Of a stretch of 64,000 nucleotides of DNA, positions 16,419-30,231 are shown in pieces; within the stretch, counting starts at the first letter, position 1, and the number at the start of each line of letters is the position of its first letter. The translations under genes were made by a program, and so were the position numbers. The DNA is from Eledone cirrhosa. Lineage: Eukaryota. The notes beneath the pieces were generated by a model. That model saw nothing but the letters and a program-made list of their open reading frames with translations. It had not been told where the DNA came from and made no database searches. Location: positions 73,780,001 to 73,844,000 of the forward strand of contig OZ024741.1 in the NCBI GenBank assembly GCA_964016885.1. Reading direction: 5' to 3'.

Positions 16419-17470
16419 TCATCATCATCATCAGGTCGAGCTTGCTCGGCCTTCTACGACACGTTTCCTCCATCCATCTCTGTCTCTCATAGCGTTTGCA
16501 AGTTCTTCCGCAGTGCATCCAGTATCGTCCTCAAGTTGCTTGACGTATGTCTTCTTGGGACGACCAACGTTTCTTGCTCCATGAGATGGATTCCATAACA
16601 ATACATTGCCTGCTATTTATTCCTTGCTGCGCCAACAGTGGCCAGCAAATCTTAGTCTCTGTTTACGTATTGACCTGCTGATAGGTGGTATATTGCCATA
16701 GAGATCCTTATTTGTTGGGTGTTCCCTCCAAGATACGTTTAAAACAGCACGGAGCATACGTGTGTATGGCCCGTCTAGCTTTTTCTCCAGTTTTGACGTT
16801 AGCGCCCAAGTGATAGAGCCATAAACAAGCACAGATTCCACAGCAGCTCTGAAGAAATTCCTTTTCAGTTTGGCCGGCAGGTTTGATTTCCATATTTTTT
16901 CCATTGCATTCAATGCTCCCCAGGCTTTTCCCAGTCTGATGTTAACATCATGTTCTGTGGAGGCGATATAGCTACCCAAGTATTTGAAGTCGTCAACTTG
17001 CTTGATTATATCGCCGTTTAGACTTTGCATACCAACTGAGGAGTCTTAGTTCAGGCAAATATATTCTGTTTTGCCTGCGTTGACATAGAGTCCGATTTCC
17101 TTTGCAACTGATTCGATGCTGTGAAGTAGTGATGTTGCATCCTTAAGGTAGTCAGCGGGGACCGATAAATCATCCGCATAGTCAGCATCGGTGATTTTCT
17201 GAGCTGGATGGCATCTACACTTTCGCTTTGTGAGAGTGAAACCAAGCTCTAAGTTTTCGTCCAGGGCTTTTCTCAATACATAGTCGAGGCAGATGATAAA
17301 AATATATGGTGCAAGAGTATCCCCTTGAAGTACTCCTGCAATGATGTCGAAGAAGTCGGTATCTCCATCAGGTGAGCGCACTATTGCGCGGGTGTTTTTA
17401 TATAACATCATGATGGCATTTACTGTTTCCTTTGGCAAGCCGTAGGCTAGAAGTATCTCTCTCATTCTTC
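16417..17470 (-). mobile_element. 5'-truncated RTE-clade LINE (RT domain to 3' end, (GAT)n tail), disrupted
   Basis: GVLQGDTLAPYIF, DADYADDL, FKYLGS, RLRFAGHCWR, then G.R.VGRP; ends in a TCA repeat at 16417-16433. Confidence 0.93.
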
Positions 17471-17481
17471 TACGATGGATG

Positions 17482-17515
<34 letters not shown>

Positions 17516-17520
<5 letters not shown>

Positions 17521-18770
17521 GTTCACTGATGTTGACATCCATGAGCTGCTCTCTGTCGTCGTGAACCAGTTGGAGTATACAGCACTCACCACCTGCCACT
17601 CTTGCTCCTTCTTCTCCGGGTACGTGGATAAATTCCTAATGCTCACTTCATCTCGTGAAGAAGCCATAAAAATGTACGTCTTCGAAAACTTAGGCGCATG
17701 CATAAATTGTGAGGTTGAGCACCCATACACCGCTGGATCCCTCTCTCTACTCAACTATACACTAAGACCCACAGAGGAGGGATCCATATACACCAAATTT
17801 TACAGGAAGGATGCTTGCAGAGACATTTTTGTGCACCATAATTCTGCCCTTCTCTACAGAGCCAAAATGACCTATATACGGAATGGGACCTCCTGGATGC
17901 GCACCAAATTCAGTGAGGGTTACAACAAAATCACCAGCTCGGTGGAATTTCAGAAAGTTTTCACCGAGAATGGCTACCACAATTCTCTCACCAAATACCG
18001 AAATGCCAAGGCAGCAACACTCAAAAGAACAAGGAGGACACGCATCCCTAGTGGTAACATATGGTAACTAAAGTTGCCGCATTTCAATGAGATGATGGCC
18101 ACTGCCACCAGACAAGCCATCTATGGGGAGGGCCTGAATATATAACTGGCCCACTTGAGGCTTTCATTGAGTAGACTGCTCTATATGCACATTTCTTGAT
18201 TGCCTCATCAACAACGCAGAAGTGTGCATGAGAACGGATGTGGTCTACAAGGTCACATGTAAAAAATGTAGCTCCTTGGACATCGGAAGTATCATCCGGA
18301 TACTGCACGTATGGGTCAAGGAGCAAATGACGACGAGATCTTCTGATAAAAAAAAGATCTTGATAGATGTTGCAGCCGAGATATTAAAGTCACTATAGAG
18401 GCGATAGAAATGAAGGTAGGTGGGAAATTTAAGAATCAAAGAGACCATTATCATCAACAAGAAAAAGCCACAAATAAATAATAGATTTATACACGAAGCA
18501 GATTGGCTACTATAGCGGCTGCACGCATGCGTATTTTAGAGACGTTGACCAGTTAGGGAAGAGCACATCGAGCCTTCGTTTTTGGTTTGAAACCGTTTTC
18601 GTTTCACATTTGAAAATATGGTGTTAGACCTGAAATATGTTGAAACATAGGGGGTAAAACATTACTTTGTTTTGTTGTAATTGTCACCCTTTTCTCTTTA
18701 TACAGTTCTACTGCATTGTACCGGCTTTCTGAAACTTATCAGTCATTTTATATATAAATAAAGGTGCGGC
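17516..18770 (+). pseudogene. Penelope-like element remnant (RT C-terminus, GIY-YIG endonuclease, 3' region)
   Basis: YVDK (YVDD-like), LSLL, FYRK..FVHHNSA; near 18240 VVYKVTCKKCSSLDIGS..R.L..VKE; near 18435 IKETIIINKKKPQIN; decayed HHR-like TTGAAAA..GGT/ACC..GAAA at 18601-18646. Confidence 0.8.
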
Positions 18771-18774
18771 AAAA

Positions 18775-18840
18775 ATACCTCTCACATTTTAAGGGTTGTC
18801 ACAGTAAAATATTTTACTCGGTCAACCCTTAAAATGTGGG

Positions 18841-18846
<6 letters not shown>
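18775..18846. repeat. Near-perfect 72-bp palindrome, probable MITE remnant
   Basis: ATACCTCTCACATTTTAAGGGTTG / CAACCCTTAAAATGTGGGAGGTAT, with an inner AGTAAAAT/ATTTTACT pair. Confidence 0.7.
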
Positions 18847-18875
<29 letters not shown>

Positions 18876-19684
18876 TGATACTATAACTCCTGATGGAGCC
18901 GTAAAGGTGCCGTCTTTGGTATTTAGACCTGGTGGAACCCATTCCTAGACAAGTTTGACCACAACCGGTTTCCTCCAGAGAACAGGGAAGAGAAAGAAAG
19001 AGAAAGAGAAAAAGAGAGAGAGAGGGGGGGGGGGATTGATCCCAGTACTTAACGATTTCAAAATGGTGGAAGGCCAAGTTGAACTCGGAGCGAACTTAGA
19101 AAGCAGAGAGCCAGAAAAAATACTTCTATCGGATGTACAAACAACTCTGCTAATTTACCGTCTCTCTCTCTTTCTTTCTCTCTCTTTCTCTCACACTCTT
19201 TTACTCTCTCACTCTCTCAATCCTTCACTCTGTGTGTGTGTGAGTGTCCGAGTGTGTGTATTTGTATGTGTGTGTGTGTGTGTGTGTGTATTTGTGTGTA
19301 TTAGTGTGTGAGTGTGTGTCTGTGTGTATATATGTGTGTGTGTATGCGCGCGCGCGTGTGTGTGTATGTGTATGAAATGCATGCATCCCAAAGCAAATGG
19401 CCATAATAATAGTCGATCACTATAAATAATAGTTGAGAAAATCAGGTTAAAGTAGCTATGGAGACAGAAAACAGTGGATAAAGGAGCTTAGGATGAATGG
19501 AACCCCGCATCTACAGAGTGACCAGGGATATGTTAGTGTAAACTATAGTGTGCATATAGAAACATGGCTACAGAACAAATAAGCAATTACACACTTACAC
19601 ACATGCATAGATATACACACGTATATACAGACATACGTTTACAGAGCTGCAGAATCACACACATTCAGCCAGCCATCCGTGCTT

Positions 19685-19717
<33 letters not shown>

Positions 19718-20272
19718 AATATATATATATACACACAGACACATACACACTCACACACGCAGACACACAGACACATACACACACATAAACACACACATAC
19801 ATGCACACACATATACGCACATAAACACACGCACGCACACACGCACGCTCACGCACACACACACGCACATACAAACACACACATACACACGTACACACAC
19901 AGACACATACACACATATACACACAGACACATACACACTCACACACAGACACACATAGACACAGACACACACACACACACAAACGCACACACATATACAT
20001 ATACAAATATACAACAGTGTATGTGCGTGTATATATGCATGTGAATATGCATTCGTGCAGAAGGTGTTGTGTGCGTGTATTTTGTGTGCGTTTATGGTAT
20101 GTATGTATGTGTGCATGTGTGTATGTGTACATCTATGTGCGTTTACATTTGTATGGGCAAATGTATCAGTATATGTTCTGGAAGCATATGTTTATACGTA
20201 TGACTGACTGTATACATGTATGTATACATGTATGTTCGTGCGTATATTTGTGTGTGCGTGTGTGTATTATTG

Positions 20273-20303
<31 letters not shown>

Positions 20304-20440
20304 AAGCACGTATGGCTGGCTGAATGTGTGCAACTCTGTAAACGTATGTCTGTATATGTATTTCAATATCTACGCATTTGTGTATGTAAATACGTAAGTA
20401 TATACGTACGTGTGTATATATATGCACGTACGAAAGTATG

Positions 20441-20497
<57 letters not shown>

Positions 20498-20586
20498 ATA
20501 TATGTAGGTATATATGTATGAACGTACGTACGTAAGCATGTATGTATGTGTGTATGTATGTATATATACATATATATATATGCATG

Positions 20587-20620
<34 letters not shown>

Positions 20621-20906
20621 TGTATGTATGTATGTATGTATATGTGTGTGTGTACGTATGTATGTATATGTGTGTATGTGTGTGTGCTTGTTAGTGGACA
20701 GAAGAATTAGGAATAATTACATGATTCAATGGTTTTGTGGTGTGTTTAATTATTGGTTTTCTATTACGATAATCTACGCACCAACTTGAACAGCCGACTG
20801 TATGACTATGAGGGTGTTGAAGTTGTATATGTATATGTGTATGGATGTATATGTATATCTATCTATATCTATATATCTCTATGTCTATCTATCTAACTCG
20901 CTCTCC

Positions 20907-20937
<31 letters not shown>

Positions 20938-21081
20938 CACGCACACACATTTACTGTATTTATATGCGTACATATATACTAACAGGGGTAACTTGAGAAA
21001 AAGAGGAAAAGTGTGTTGCATATACAAGTATATATATATTATATATTTATATATATATATGTGTATATATATATATATATG

Positions 21082-21140
<59 letters not shown>

Positions 21141-21247
21141 GTATATACATACATACATACATACATATATATGTATGTATGTATATACATGTACATATAT
21201 ATATATATATATTTATACATATATGTATGTATATATATATATATATA

Positions 21248-21297
<50 letters not shown>

Positions 21298-22255
21298 TTT
21301 ACATAGATATATATTAATATATATAGATACATATATGTATACATACTTATAAATCATAATACACACACACTTATGTGTGTGTGTGTGTGTGTGTGTCTGT
21401 GTTTGTAAGTATTAATGTATGTATATAGGTACGTAGGTATATACACATCAACTTTCATACATATATATTGTCTTTATATATTTGTATATAATGGTATTGT
21501 GGTTGTAAAACACACCTATTTAGTATATTGCTTCGGGTGACGTCCATTTTTGACTGTGATTAATAAAAACGATGATTAAAAAATCCAACAACAACAAAAG
21601 TAAAAGTCAGATTGCGAAGGATTACAGGCAAAACTCACAAATTATATTTGTCACGTCAAGTAGATCTGCTTTTTTTCTTTTTTGTTACTTGAATGCATAA
21701 ACCACTATGTCTTTAAATCGTAAATGTTTACCATAAATAAAAGACCTGTTTATTTGAACTATAACATTTTTCTATGTAATTCTGTACTGTTTTTGTTCTG
21801 TTTTCGTTTCTTTTCCTTTTCATTACCCTTTTTATTTATAGTTATGTTTACGTTTTTGTTTGCCTGCTTTACAATCATAGTCCAATTTGTTGTAATAAAA
21901 CATTTTGTGAGAGCAATTACGTATAGGGGTTGTTTTTCGTGTGGTTTCTTAAACGTCCGTTCCTGTAATCATTCTTGTTGCAATATTTCTTTTATCTACC
22001 TATCTAGTTGTCTGTATGTTGATCTATCTGCATATATCTCTTTATCTATCTGTCTATTTAACTACATCTTTACAACTATACTTTCATGTCTTAATCTTTC
22101 TCTGGTTCGCTTTTCTTCTTTCTTCCTTCCTCTCACGCTGACTACATAAACATACACATATGTGTGTTTATATCTATATATACGTGGGTGTGTGTGTGTG
22201 TGCATACATACATGTGTATATGCATACATACATACACACATACATACATACACAC

Positions 22256-22863
22256 ATGGTGGCTGCCAACTCGTTTTCGAGTACGGCCACTAGTTTATAT
22301 CCATGTAGGAGAACCCCTACCGATGCGCTGAACGAGTGTGACTTTTTAGTCCAGCCAGCGACTTGAAAACTCTGGTACAAACACTACACTTGTGACAATT
22401 ATTGACACAGTGCAGGGCCCATGGTACCATGTGAGGACAAGTGCAGAGAGATCTCCAGATATAAAGCAATGCCTGTGCCGTGAAGCTTTTATAGTGAGCA
22501 AAGGCACTGCACAAAGCCAGTACCACTCTCTTAACCAAGATGATATTTCCCAAAAAGAAGAACAAGTCAACATCATTGGATACCATCAGGGTTGCGGGTG
22601 TTATATCAGAGTTTTCCTTCTCCTAGAATTGTGCCTTGACAAAGGCTGAGGGGTCATCTCTCCCGGTGATTTTGGATGGCCATTGACTCATAAGAGCTCC
22701 TTTGCCCTTTGACAGGTTTTGTTTTTAGTCCTGCAGGATGTCCAAAGTCACCCTCCTCACCAAGAAACCTTGGTGGGGTTGCCAGTTTAGTCGCCAACGA
22801 CCCGACCATGAGAAAGGTTGTACTGGGATACATGTTACCAGTAGCACCAACTGGTGACCTGAC
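22256..22863 (-). mobile_element. Non-autonomous RTE-derived element (5'UTR-like part plus LINE 3' end) in (TACA)n
   Basis: 3' part encodes CSVCTRVFKSLAGLKSHTRSAH, a C2H2 finger like RTE C-termini; (ATGT)n tail; no RT; two further copies nearby. Confidence 0.7.
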
Positions 22864-22974
22864 ATACATACATACATACATACATACATACATACATACA
22901 TACATACATACATACATACATACATACATACATAATATTATTTATGTATGTCACTTCTTCTATTCATTATTTAC

Positions 22975-23605
22975 ATGAACAGGATTGACATGCGCAGCCA
23001 GGGTGTAAAATCAGTCGGCTCTGGCTTGCACACGATAGGTTTGATGCCGCGTGCTGCATGGCTGGAATGAAAATCAGTGCTGCGAAACCTGAGACACTCG
23101 TCCTTTCAAGGAAGCCTGCGCAGTGCACGCTACATGCGAAAGGAGTTCCACTGAAGCAGGTAGAGACATTCAAGTATCTCAGATCCGTGTTCACGAGTGA
23201 TAGAAGGCAGGAGGCTGAATTCAATGCAAGCATTGCAAAAGGTTGCACACTAATGCGCCATGCGCCAGATTCAGCATTCAGTAATCACAAAAAGAGAGGT
23301 AGACGTAAAAGCCAAACTCGCTGTCTTCAATTCGGTATTCGTGCCAGCCCTTACTTACGATCATGAATACAAGCGGCCGAAATGGGGTTCCTCCGAAGGG
23401 TCTTTGGAGTAACGTTATTCGATATAGAGTGCGTAGCTTGGAGATCAGAGAGTCACTCCTGGTAGAGCCGCTACTTCTCCGAATTGTGAGATCACAGCTC
23501 CGATACTATGGGTATGTGGTCAGAATGTCTGAGGAAAGAATCGCTGGACAGATTTTACGGGCAGAACCAACCAACAGGAGACCCAAGGGTAGACCTCGAG
23601 TGAGC
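22975..23605 (+). pseudogene. RTE-clade (Expander/Rex3-like) RT C-terminal fragment
   Basis: AGMKISAAKPETLVLSRK..LKQVETFKYL.SVFTSD, IQAAEMGFLRRV, VRS.EIRE.L.VEPLLLRI..SQLR..G..VRM, RRPKGRPR, spread across frameshifts. Confidence 0.9.
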
Positions 23606-24691
23606 TCGGCTGGTATCGCTTGGGGTACACGTGTTTGTGGAATACTCAGCTACTTTCATTTTAATTTTCAAAGTCGGACATTTAGTTGACCGAACTGATC
23701 GAGGATCAAATGAATGCATGTTATTGAAAGCGAATGTTGATCCATTATGTGTATATACATCATGTGTATACACATGTGTGTGTGTGTGTGTGTGCGTGTG
23801 CGTATGCGTATGCGTGTGGGTATGTCTGTAGGTGTGTCTTGATGGGTAACTGAGCTGAGATGCGTTAGCTGGCTAGATTATATATCGTAGTTACACAAAA
23901 AACAAAATTCGAAATCCAAGATATAGTTCAGCAGATTCTCAGTAATGTTGGCCTTGTAGTCTAATGTCATTTACTAAATAGGCATAGGAACAAAAAATTA
24001 ATTAACATATTCAAGGAGTTCGTTGTTTATAATACATTCAGCAACATAGTATAATTAACATCGTATATACGAAGTTGAATTAAAGCTCTATAAATATCAA
24101 CCATATATGGTTCAAAACGAACAAAACGGCGGGAGGGTCTCCCACCCACTTTGGGGTGGGTGAGAGACGTCTTCTCTTGTGTATAGTTTTCTCTTGTGTA
24201 TAGTTTTCATTATGTAAAATCTCCCCATTTTGCCTCATTTCTCCCGTTTGGGGGCACTCTTTTTCATGGTACTCCCCGTTTGGTTTTTTAGAGGTTAGCA
24301 GGTCTGCAAAGATACTAACTTCACTCATAGTAAACTAAACAATTTAGATATCAATATAAGAACTGGAATATCTAATATAGTGTCAGATAAGATTGCCTTT
24401 AACAAAGTTGGCAGTTATTGCAATGATGGATTAGAAATAAAAGGTTCAAAGTAAAAATAGACAGTTTATCTAATCGAGTGAAGCAACGAGGCAAATATAG
24501 AACACAAAATTCTCTGGTTTAACTCACTCCTCAGCAAGAATGTAAAATCAAATATACCTAGAAAGCCCCAGTTTAAATATTTCCACGGAACTCAAATCCA
24601 ATTATACCTATACGAGATATATCCTGTTAGAGTGTTCCTGTTAGAGCGTGGAAAGGGAAAATAAAATACTCATATACATTAATAAGCTTGA

Positions 24692-24848
<157 letters not shown>

Positions 24849-25241
24849 TGTGTGCGTGCGTGTGTGTGTGCGTGTGTGTGCGTGATGCGAGTCTGCGATT
24901 AAAAAAAAAGGTTGAAGCATTACTGTTGGAAAACATCTGATCATAACTCTTCCGGATCAGAGCTGACCTAGGGCTAAACAGCAAAACAAAAACAACAGTG
25001 ATGAAGTAAATCTGAAGCTCAACAGCTACAAGTATCTTATAGTCCAATACATTATTCACTCGACTGTTTCCATCTCCGTAAAAATAAAAGTAAAATCGTC
25101 GCCATCATAAAATTGAACGTAGTCAATATACATCTTCAGACAGGTACATTTAGTACAAAATCCTGCTGTATTAAGCTGCTTCACCATCCTTAAAGTACAG
25201 ACATTATATATGCATGGTTATATATATGTATATATATATAT

Positions 25242-25618
25242 ATGGTGGCTGCCAACTCGTTTTCGAGTACGGCCACTAGTTTATATCCATGTAGGAGAAC
25301 CCCTACCGATGCGCTGAACAAGTGTGACTTTTTAGTCCAGCCAGCGACTTGAAAACTCTGGTACAAACACTACACTTGTGACAATTACTGACACATAGTA
25401 CTGGGCCCATGGTACCATGTGACGACAAGTGCAGAGATCTCACCAGATATAAAGCAATGCCTGTGCCGTGAAGCCTTTATAGTGAGCAAAGGCACTGCAC
25501 AAAGCCAGTCCCACTCTCTTAACCAAGATGATATTTACCAAAAAGAAGAACAAGTCAACATCATTGGATACGATCAGGGTTGCAGGTGTTATATCAGAGT
25601 TTTCCTTCTCCTAGAATT
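25242..25618 (-). mobile_element. 5'-truncated copy of the 22256 element
   Basis: Near-identical to 22256-22630. Confidence 0.9.
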
Positions 25619-25626
25619 CTGTTCTG

Positions 25627-25699
<73 letters not shown>

Positions 25700-25898
25700 T
25701 TATATATATACAGAGAGAGATTTAGATGAATACATACATATTTGTATATATATATAATTCATATATTCATATATATATATGTGTATATGTGTGCGTGGGC
25801 ATGCCTGTGTGTATATATGTGTGTATGAATGTATGTATACCAGGGTGCACGCACGTCTGTAGTACATCTGGTTCTGTATTTGTGTCTGTGCATTAATG

Positions 25899-25939
<41 letters not shown>

Positions 25940-26390
25940 ATGTGTGTGTGCCCGCGTGAGTGTGGTGTGTCTCTGTGTTTATGTTTGTGTGTCTATAAAT
26001 CATACATACATGTAGCATACATTAAAAAGTCATCAATGAAAGGAAATTACTGCAATGAAAAATGATTCTTCGATCAAAAGGTGACCTTAAAAAGAATTCA
26101 ACAGGTCACGCAGTTTTTTTCACCTCATTCTTTGAGATTCTGACCACGCATGCGCATAGTGACATATGCAAATATTTCAGATCAAATATTTAGTGGTCGA
26201 TACCCATTGAAATATTATACAACGAAATAAAGTCTATCAAAAGGTTTGGCGATCGCGTGCATCGACCTGTGAGCCACTCATGCACATATACACACATACA
26301 CTCTCTCTCACTCTCACGCACACACACACAGACATACACACATACGCACACACATACATACATACATACATACATAAATAAATACATACA

Positions 26391-26424
<34 letters not shown>

Positions 26425-26621
26425 CATACAAACGTACATACATACATACATACAAACATACATACATACAAACGTACATACATAAATAAATACATACATA
26501 CATACATACATACAAACGTACATACATAAATACATACATACATACATACATACATACATACATACATACATACATACATACATACATACATACATACATA
26601 CATACATACATACATACATAC

Positions 26622-26993
26622 ATGGTGGCTGCCAACTCGTTTTCGAGTACGGCCACTACTTTATATCCATGTAGTAGAACCCCTACCGATGCGCTGAACA
26701 AGTGTGACTTTTTAGTCCAGCCAGCGACTTGAAAACTCTGGTACAGTCACTACACTTGTGACAATTATTGACACATAGTGCTGGGCCCATGGTACCATGT
26801 AACGACAAGTGCAGAGATCTCTCCAGATATAAAGCAATGCCTGTGCCGTGAAGCCTTTATAGTGAGCAAAGGCACTGCACAAAGCCAGTCCCACTCTCTT
26901 AACCAAGATGATATTTACCAAAAAGAAGAACAAGTCAACATCATTGGATACCATCAGAGTTGCAGGTGTTATATCAGAGTTTTCCTTCTCCTA
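26622..26993 (-). mobile_element. 5'-truncated copy of the 22256 element in (TACA)n
   Basis: Near-identical to 25242-25613. Confidence 0.9.
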
Positions 26994-27190
26994 TACATAC
27001 ATACATACATACATACATACATTCATGCATACATACATTCATGCATATATACATACATAAATACATGCATACATATATACATACAAACATACATACATGC
27101 ATACATACATATATACAAGCAAGTACGTGTGTATATATATTATATATATGTGCGTGTGTGTGTATACATACATAAATACATATATACGTA

Positions 27191-27295
<105 letters not shown>

Positions 27296-27374
27296 TTATT
27301 TATCTATCTATCTCTCTCTATATATAAATGAATGAGTCAGGACGCCAATGGCTCAGCTCTTGCCATTTCAACAG

Positions 27375-27411
<37 letters not shown>

Positions 27412-27530
27412 CACATTTGAGTAATTAAAATCAGTGATATATTTTTGTTACATGCAGATTGCTTTCAATATATAGAAAGAAGAGGAGAAACAGATGTGTG
27501 TGTGCGCGCGTGCCTAGATAGATTGGTGTG

Positions 27531-27563
<33 letters not shown>

Positions 27564-27566
<3 letters not shown>

Positions 27567-28125
27567 TTGTTATACTTGGGGAGGGTCATCTTTGTGTAAT
27601 ATTGCCAGAATTAATAACAGAACACACTCACTGTTTGGTTGGTTTTCGCTTTTCGCTTCTGTGTCTTTTATATCAGTAATCTAATATAATCTAATATACT
27701 CGGTCCTCAATGTTGCCATTGACTGACCGACGGTCAAAAATATTGTAGATACAATATAGACACAAACATACTGAATAAAAATGGCGTAGCCATACAATTC
27801 AACGGGAGGAAACAATAGAACCACTGACGATGTTGCAGATGTGCAACGAAAGATTTATGATAAACTATATATATGTGTTTGTGTCTATATTGTATCTGTA
27901 ATATTTTTGACCGTCGGTCAGTCAATGGCAACATTGAGGACCGAGTATATTATATTATATTAGATTACTGATATAAAAGACACAGAAGCGAAAAGCGAAA
28001 ACCAACCAAACAGTGAGTGTGTTCTGTTATTAATTCTGGCAATATTACACAAATATGACCCTCCCCAAGTATAACAATATTTGTTTCGACACACGATTTC
28101 ATATAAAAAACCTCGCAAAACTAAT
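27564..28125 (+). mobile_element. Hammerhead-containing element with ~205-bp inverted arms
   Basis: Arms 27564-27768 and 27876-28080; the spacer carries an HHR motif; (TA)n on both sides. Confidence 0.75.
27820..27861 (+). ncRNA. Type I hammerhead motif, slightly decayed
   Basis: ACCA-CTGACGA-T-GTTGCA(GATG)TGCAAC-GAAA-GATT-TA-TGAT: perfect 6-bp stem II, weak stem I. Confidence 0.7.
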
Positions 28126-28167
28126 ATATATATATGTATATATATATATATACATCTATCTACACAG

Positions 28168-28214
<47 letters not shown>

Positions 28215-28215
28215 C

Positions 28216-28274
<59 letters not shown>

Positions 28275-28409
28275 TATAAATACAATAGAACAAAATGTAG
28301 TTTTGTTCACATATAAAAGTATTTATTGTTTAACGACCTGTTAAGCTTTTTTTCTATTTTATACACTCTACTTGTGCATAGAGTGCTTGATTTGGTACCA
28401 ACATATAAT

Positions 28410-28454
<45 letters not shown>

Positions 28455-28570
28455 ATAATAATAAATTTGAAGACTAAAATCCAAAGAGGGCTCGATAAGG
28501 ATAAATATATATCAAATATATAAGAACAAGGGTGAAAGCAGCGATTCTTTGCTTAAACTTTAATCTGTTA

Positions 28571-28627
<57 letters not shown>

Positions 28628-28633
<6 letters not shown>

Positions 28634-28772
28634 AAAAAGGGATGAAATCGAAAATGCAACTGAAGTCTTATTTTTTTTTAAAATATATATATTTATTTGG
28701 TTCCTTTACCGGTTTCGCAGTTCTTCTGCTTTTCAAAAGGTGAGTTGAGATGGAGGGTCTGTGGTTTTTCTC
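28628..28772 (-). mobile_element. Short (~140 bp) HHR-bearing element / solo pLTR, copy 1 of 3
   Basis: Shares GATGAAATCGAAAATGCAACTG and GGTTTCGCAGTTCTT..GCTTTTCAAAAG with 56955-57072 and, in reverse, 63815-63945. Confidence 0.8.
28703..28740 (-). ncRNA. Type I minimal hammerhead, U3:A8 core variant, intact
   Basis: Minus strand CCTT-TTGAAAA-GCAG(AAGAA)CTGC-GAAA-CCGG-TA-AAGG, followed by AATAAA. Confidence 0.82.
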
Positions 28773-28970
28773 ACATCGGATGTGTTACATTTATGTAAGT
28801 GCCGTACTAAGAGTGAGAAATGAAATTTCGTTTTCATTTTATTACAACTCATCGTTTTCGGTGCGCCTGACCGATTTAACTCACTCGATATGCAAATTAG
28901 GCTGCTCAGCCGTTAATTTTCATAAGGAAAGTATATACTTTCGAACGTTCAACTATCTGGCAGATGGGTA

Positions 28971-29015
28971 AACGGTGCTGATGATAGCTAACAAGCTTGA
29001 AACTAGTACATCGTT
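28971..29015 (+). ncRNA. Type I hammerhead, array copy 1
   Basis: AACGGTG-CTGATGA-TAGCT(AACA)AGCTT-GAAA-CTAG-TA-CATCGTT: 7-bp stem I, GUA cleavage after 29008, U.U at the base of stem II. Confidence 0.85.
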
Positions 29016-29432
29016 CCTGTGTCAGTGTTGAACAAAAAGGTGACGTGGTTGCCTTAACACCGTGCGGCATAAATTCAGGCTGTTCAGTTTGTTTACAAAT
29101 GAACAAAGCGGGCGCTATAATAAGCGTCCGCTAAACTTATGCGTACATATATGTCTGTGTACCTGTATCTATATATGTATATATATATATATATGCATGT
29201 TATTTTACGTCTGTATACATATATGTATGTACGTATACATACATACTTACATTTATGTAAGTGCCGTACTAAGAGTGAGAAATGAAATTTCGTTTTCATT
29301 TTATTACAACTCATCGTTTTCGGTGCGCCTGACCGATTTAACTCACTCGATATGCAAATTAGGCTGCTCAGCCGTTAATTTTCATAAGGAAAGTATATAC
29401 TTTCGAACGTTCAACTATCTGGCAGATGGGTA

Positions 29433-29477
29433 AACGGTGCTGATGATAGCTAACAAGCTTGAAACTAGTACATCGTT
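29433..29477 (+). ncRNA. Type I hammerhead, array copy 2
   Basis: Identical to copy 1; cleavage after 29470. Confidence 0.85.
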
Positions 29478-29894
29478 CCTGTGTCAGTGTTGAACAAAAA
29501 GGTGACGTGGTTGCCTTAACACCGTGCGGCATAAATTCAGGCTGTTCAGTTTGTTTACAAATGAACAAAGCGGGCGCTATAATAAGCGTCCGCTAAACTT
29601 ATGCGTACATATATGTCTGTGTACCTGTATCTATATATGTATATATATATATATATGCATGTTATTTTACGTCTGTATACATATATGTATGTACGTATAC
29701 ATACATACTTACATTTATGTAAGTGCCGTACTAAGAGTGAGAAATGAAATTTCGTTTTCATTTTATTACAACTCATCGTTTTCGGTGCGCCTGACCGATT
29801 TAACTCACTCGATATGCAAATTAGGCTGCTCAGCCGTTAATTTTCATAAGGAAAGTATATACTTTCGAACGTTCAACTATCTGGCAGATGGGTA

Positions 29895-29939
29895 AACGGT
29901 GCTGATGATAGCTAACAAGCTTGAAACTAGTACATCGTT
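29895..29939 (+). ncRNA. Type I hammerhead, array copy 3
   Basis: Identical to copy 1; cleavage after 29932. Confidence 0.85.
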
Positions 29940-30231
29940 CCTGTGTCAGTGTTGAACAAAAAGGTGACGTGGTTGCCTTAACACCGTGCGGCATAAATTC
30001 AGGCTGTTCAGTTTGTTTACAAATGAACAAAGCGGGCGCTATAATAAGCGTCCGCTAAACTTATGCGTACATATATGTCTGTGTACCTGTATCTATATAT
30101 GTATATATATATATATATGCATGTTATTTTACGTCTGTATACATATATGTATGTACGTATACATACATACTTACATTTATGTAAGTGCCGTACTAAGAGT
30201 GAGAAATGAAATTTCGTTTTCATTTTATTAC

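Noticed and set aside
25058-25145. Minus-strand CTGAAGA..GAAACAGTC, and similar partial cores at 10403, 24527 and 48060
   Set aside because: No complementary stem I and no convincing stem II.
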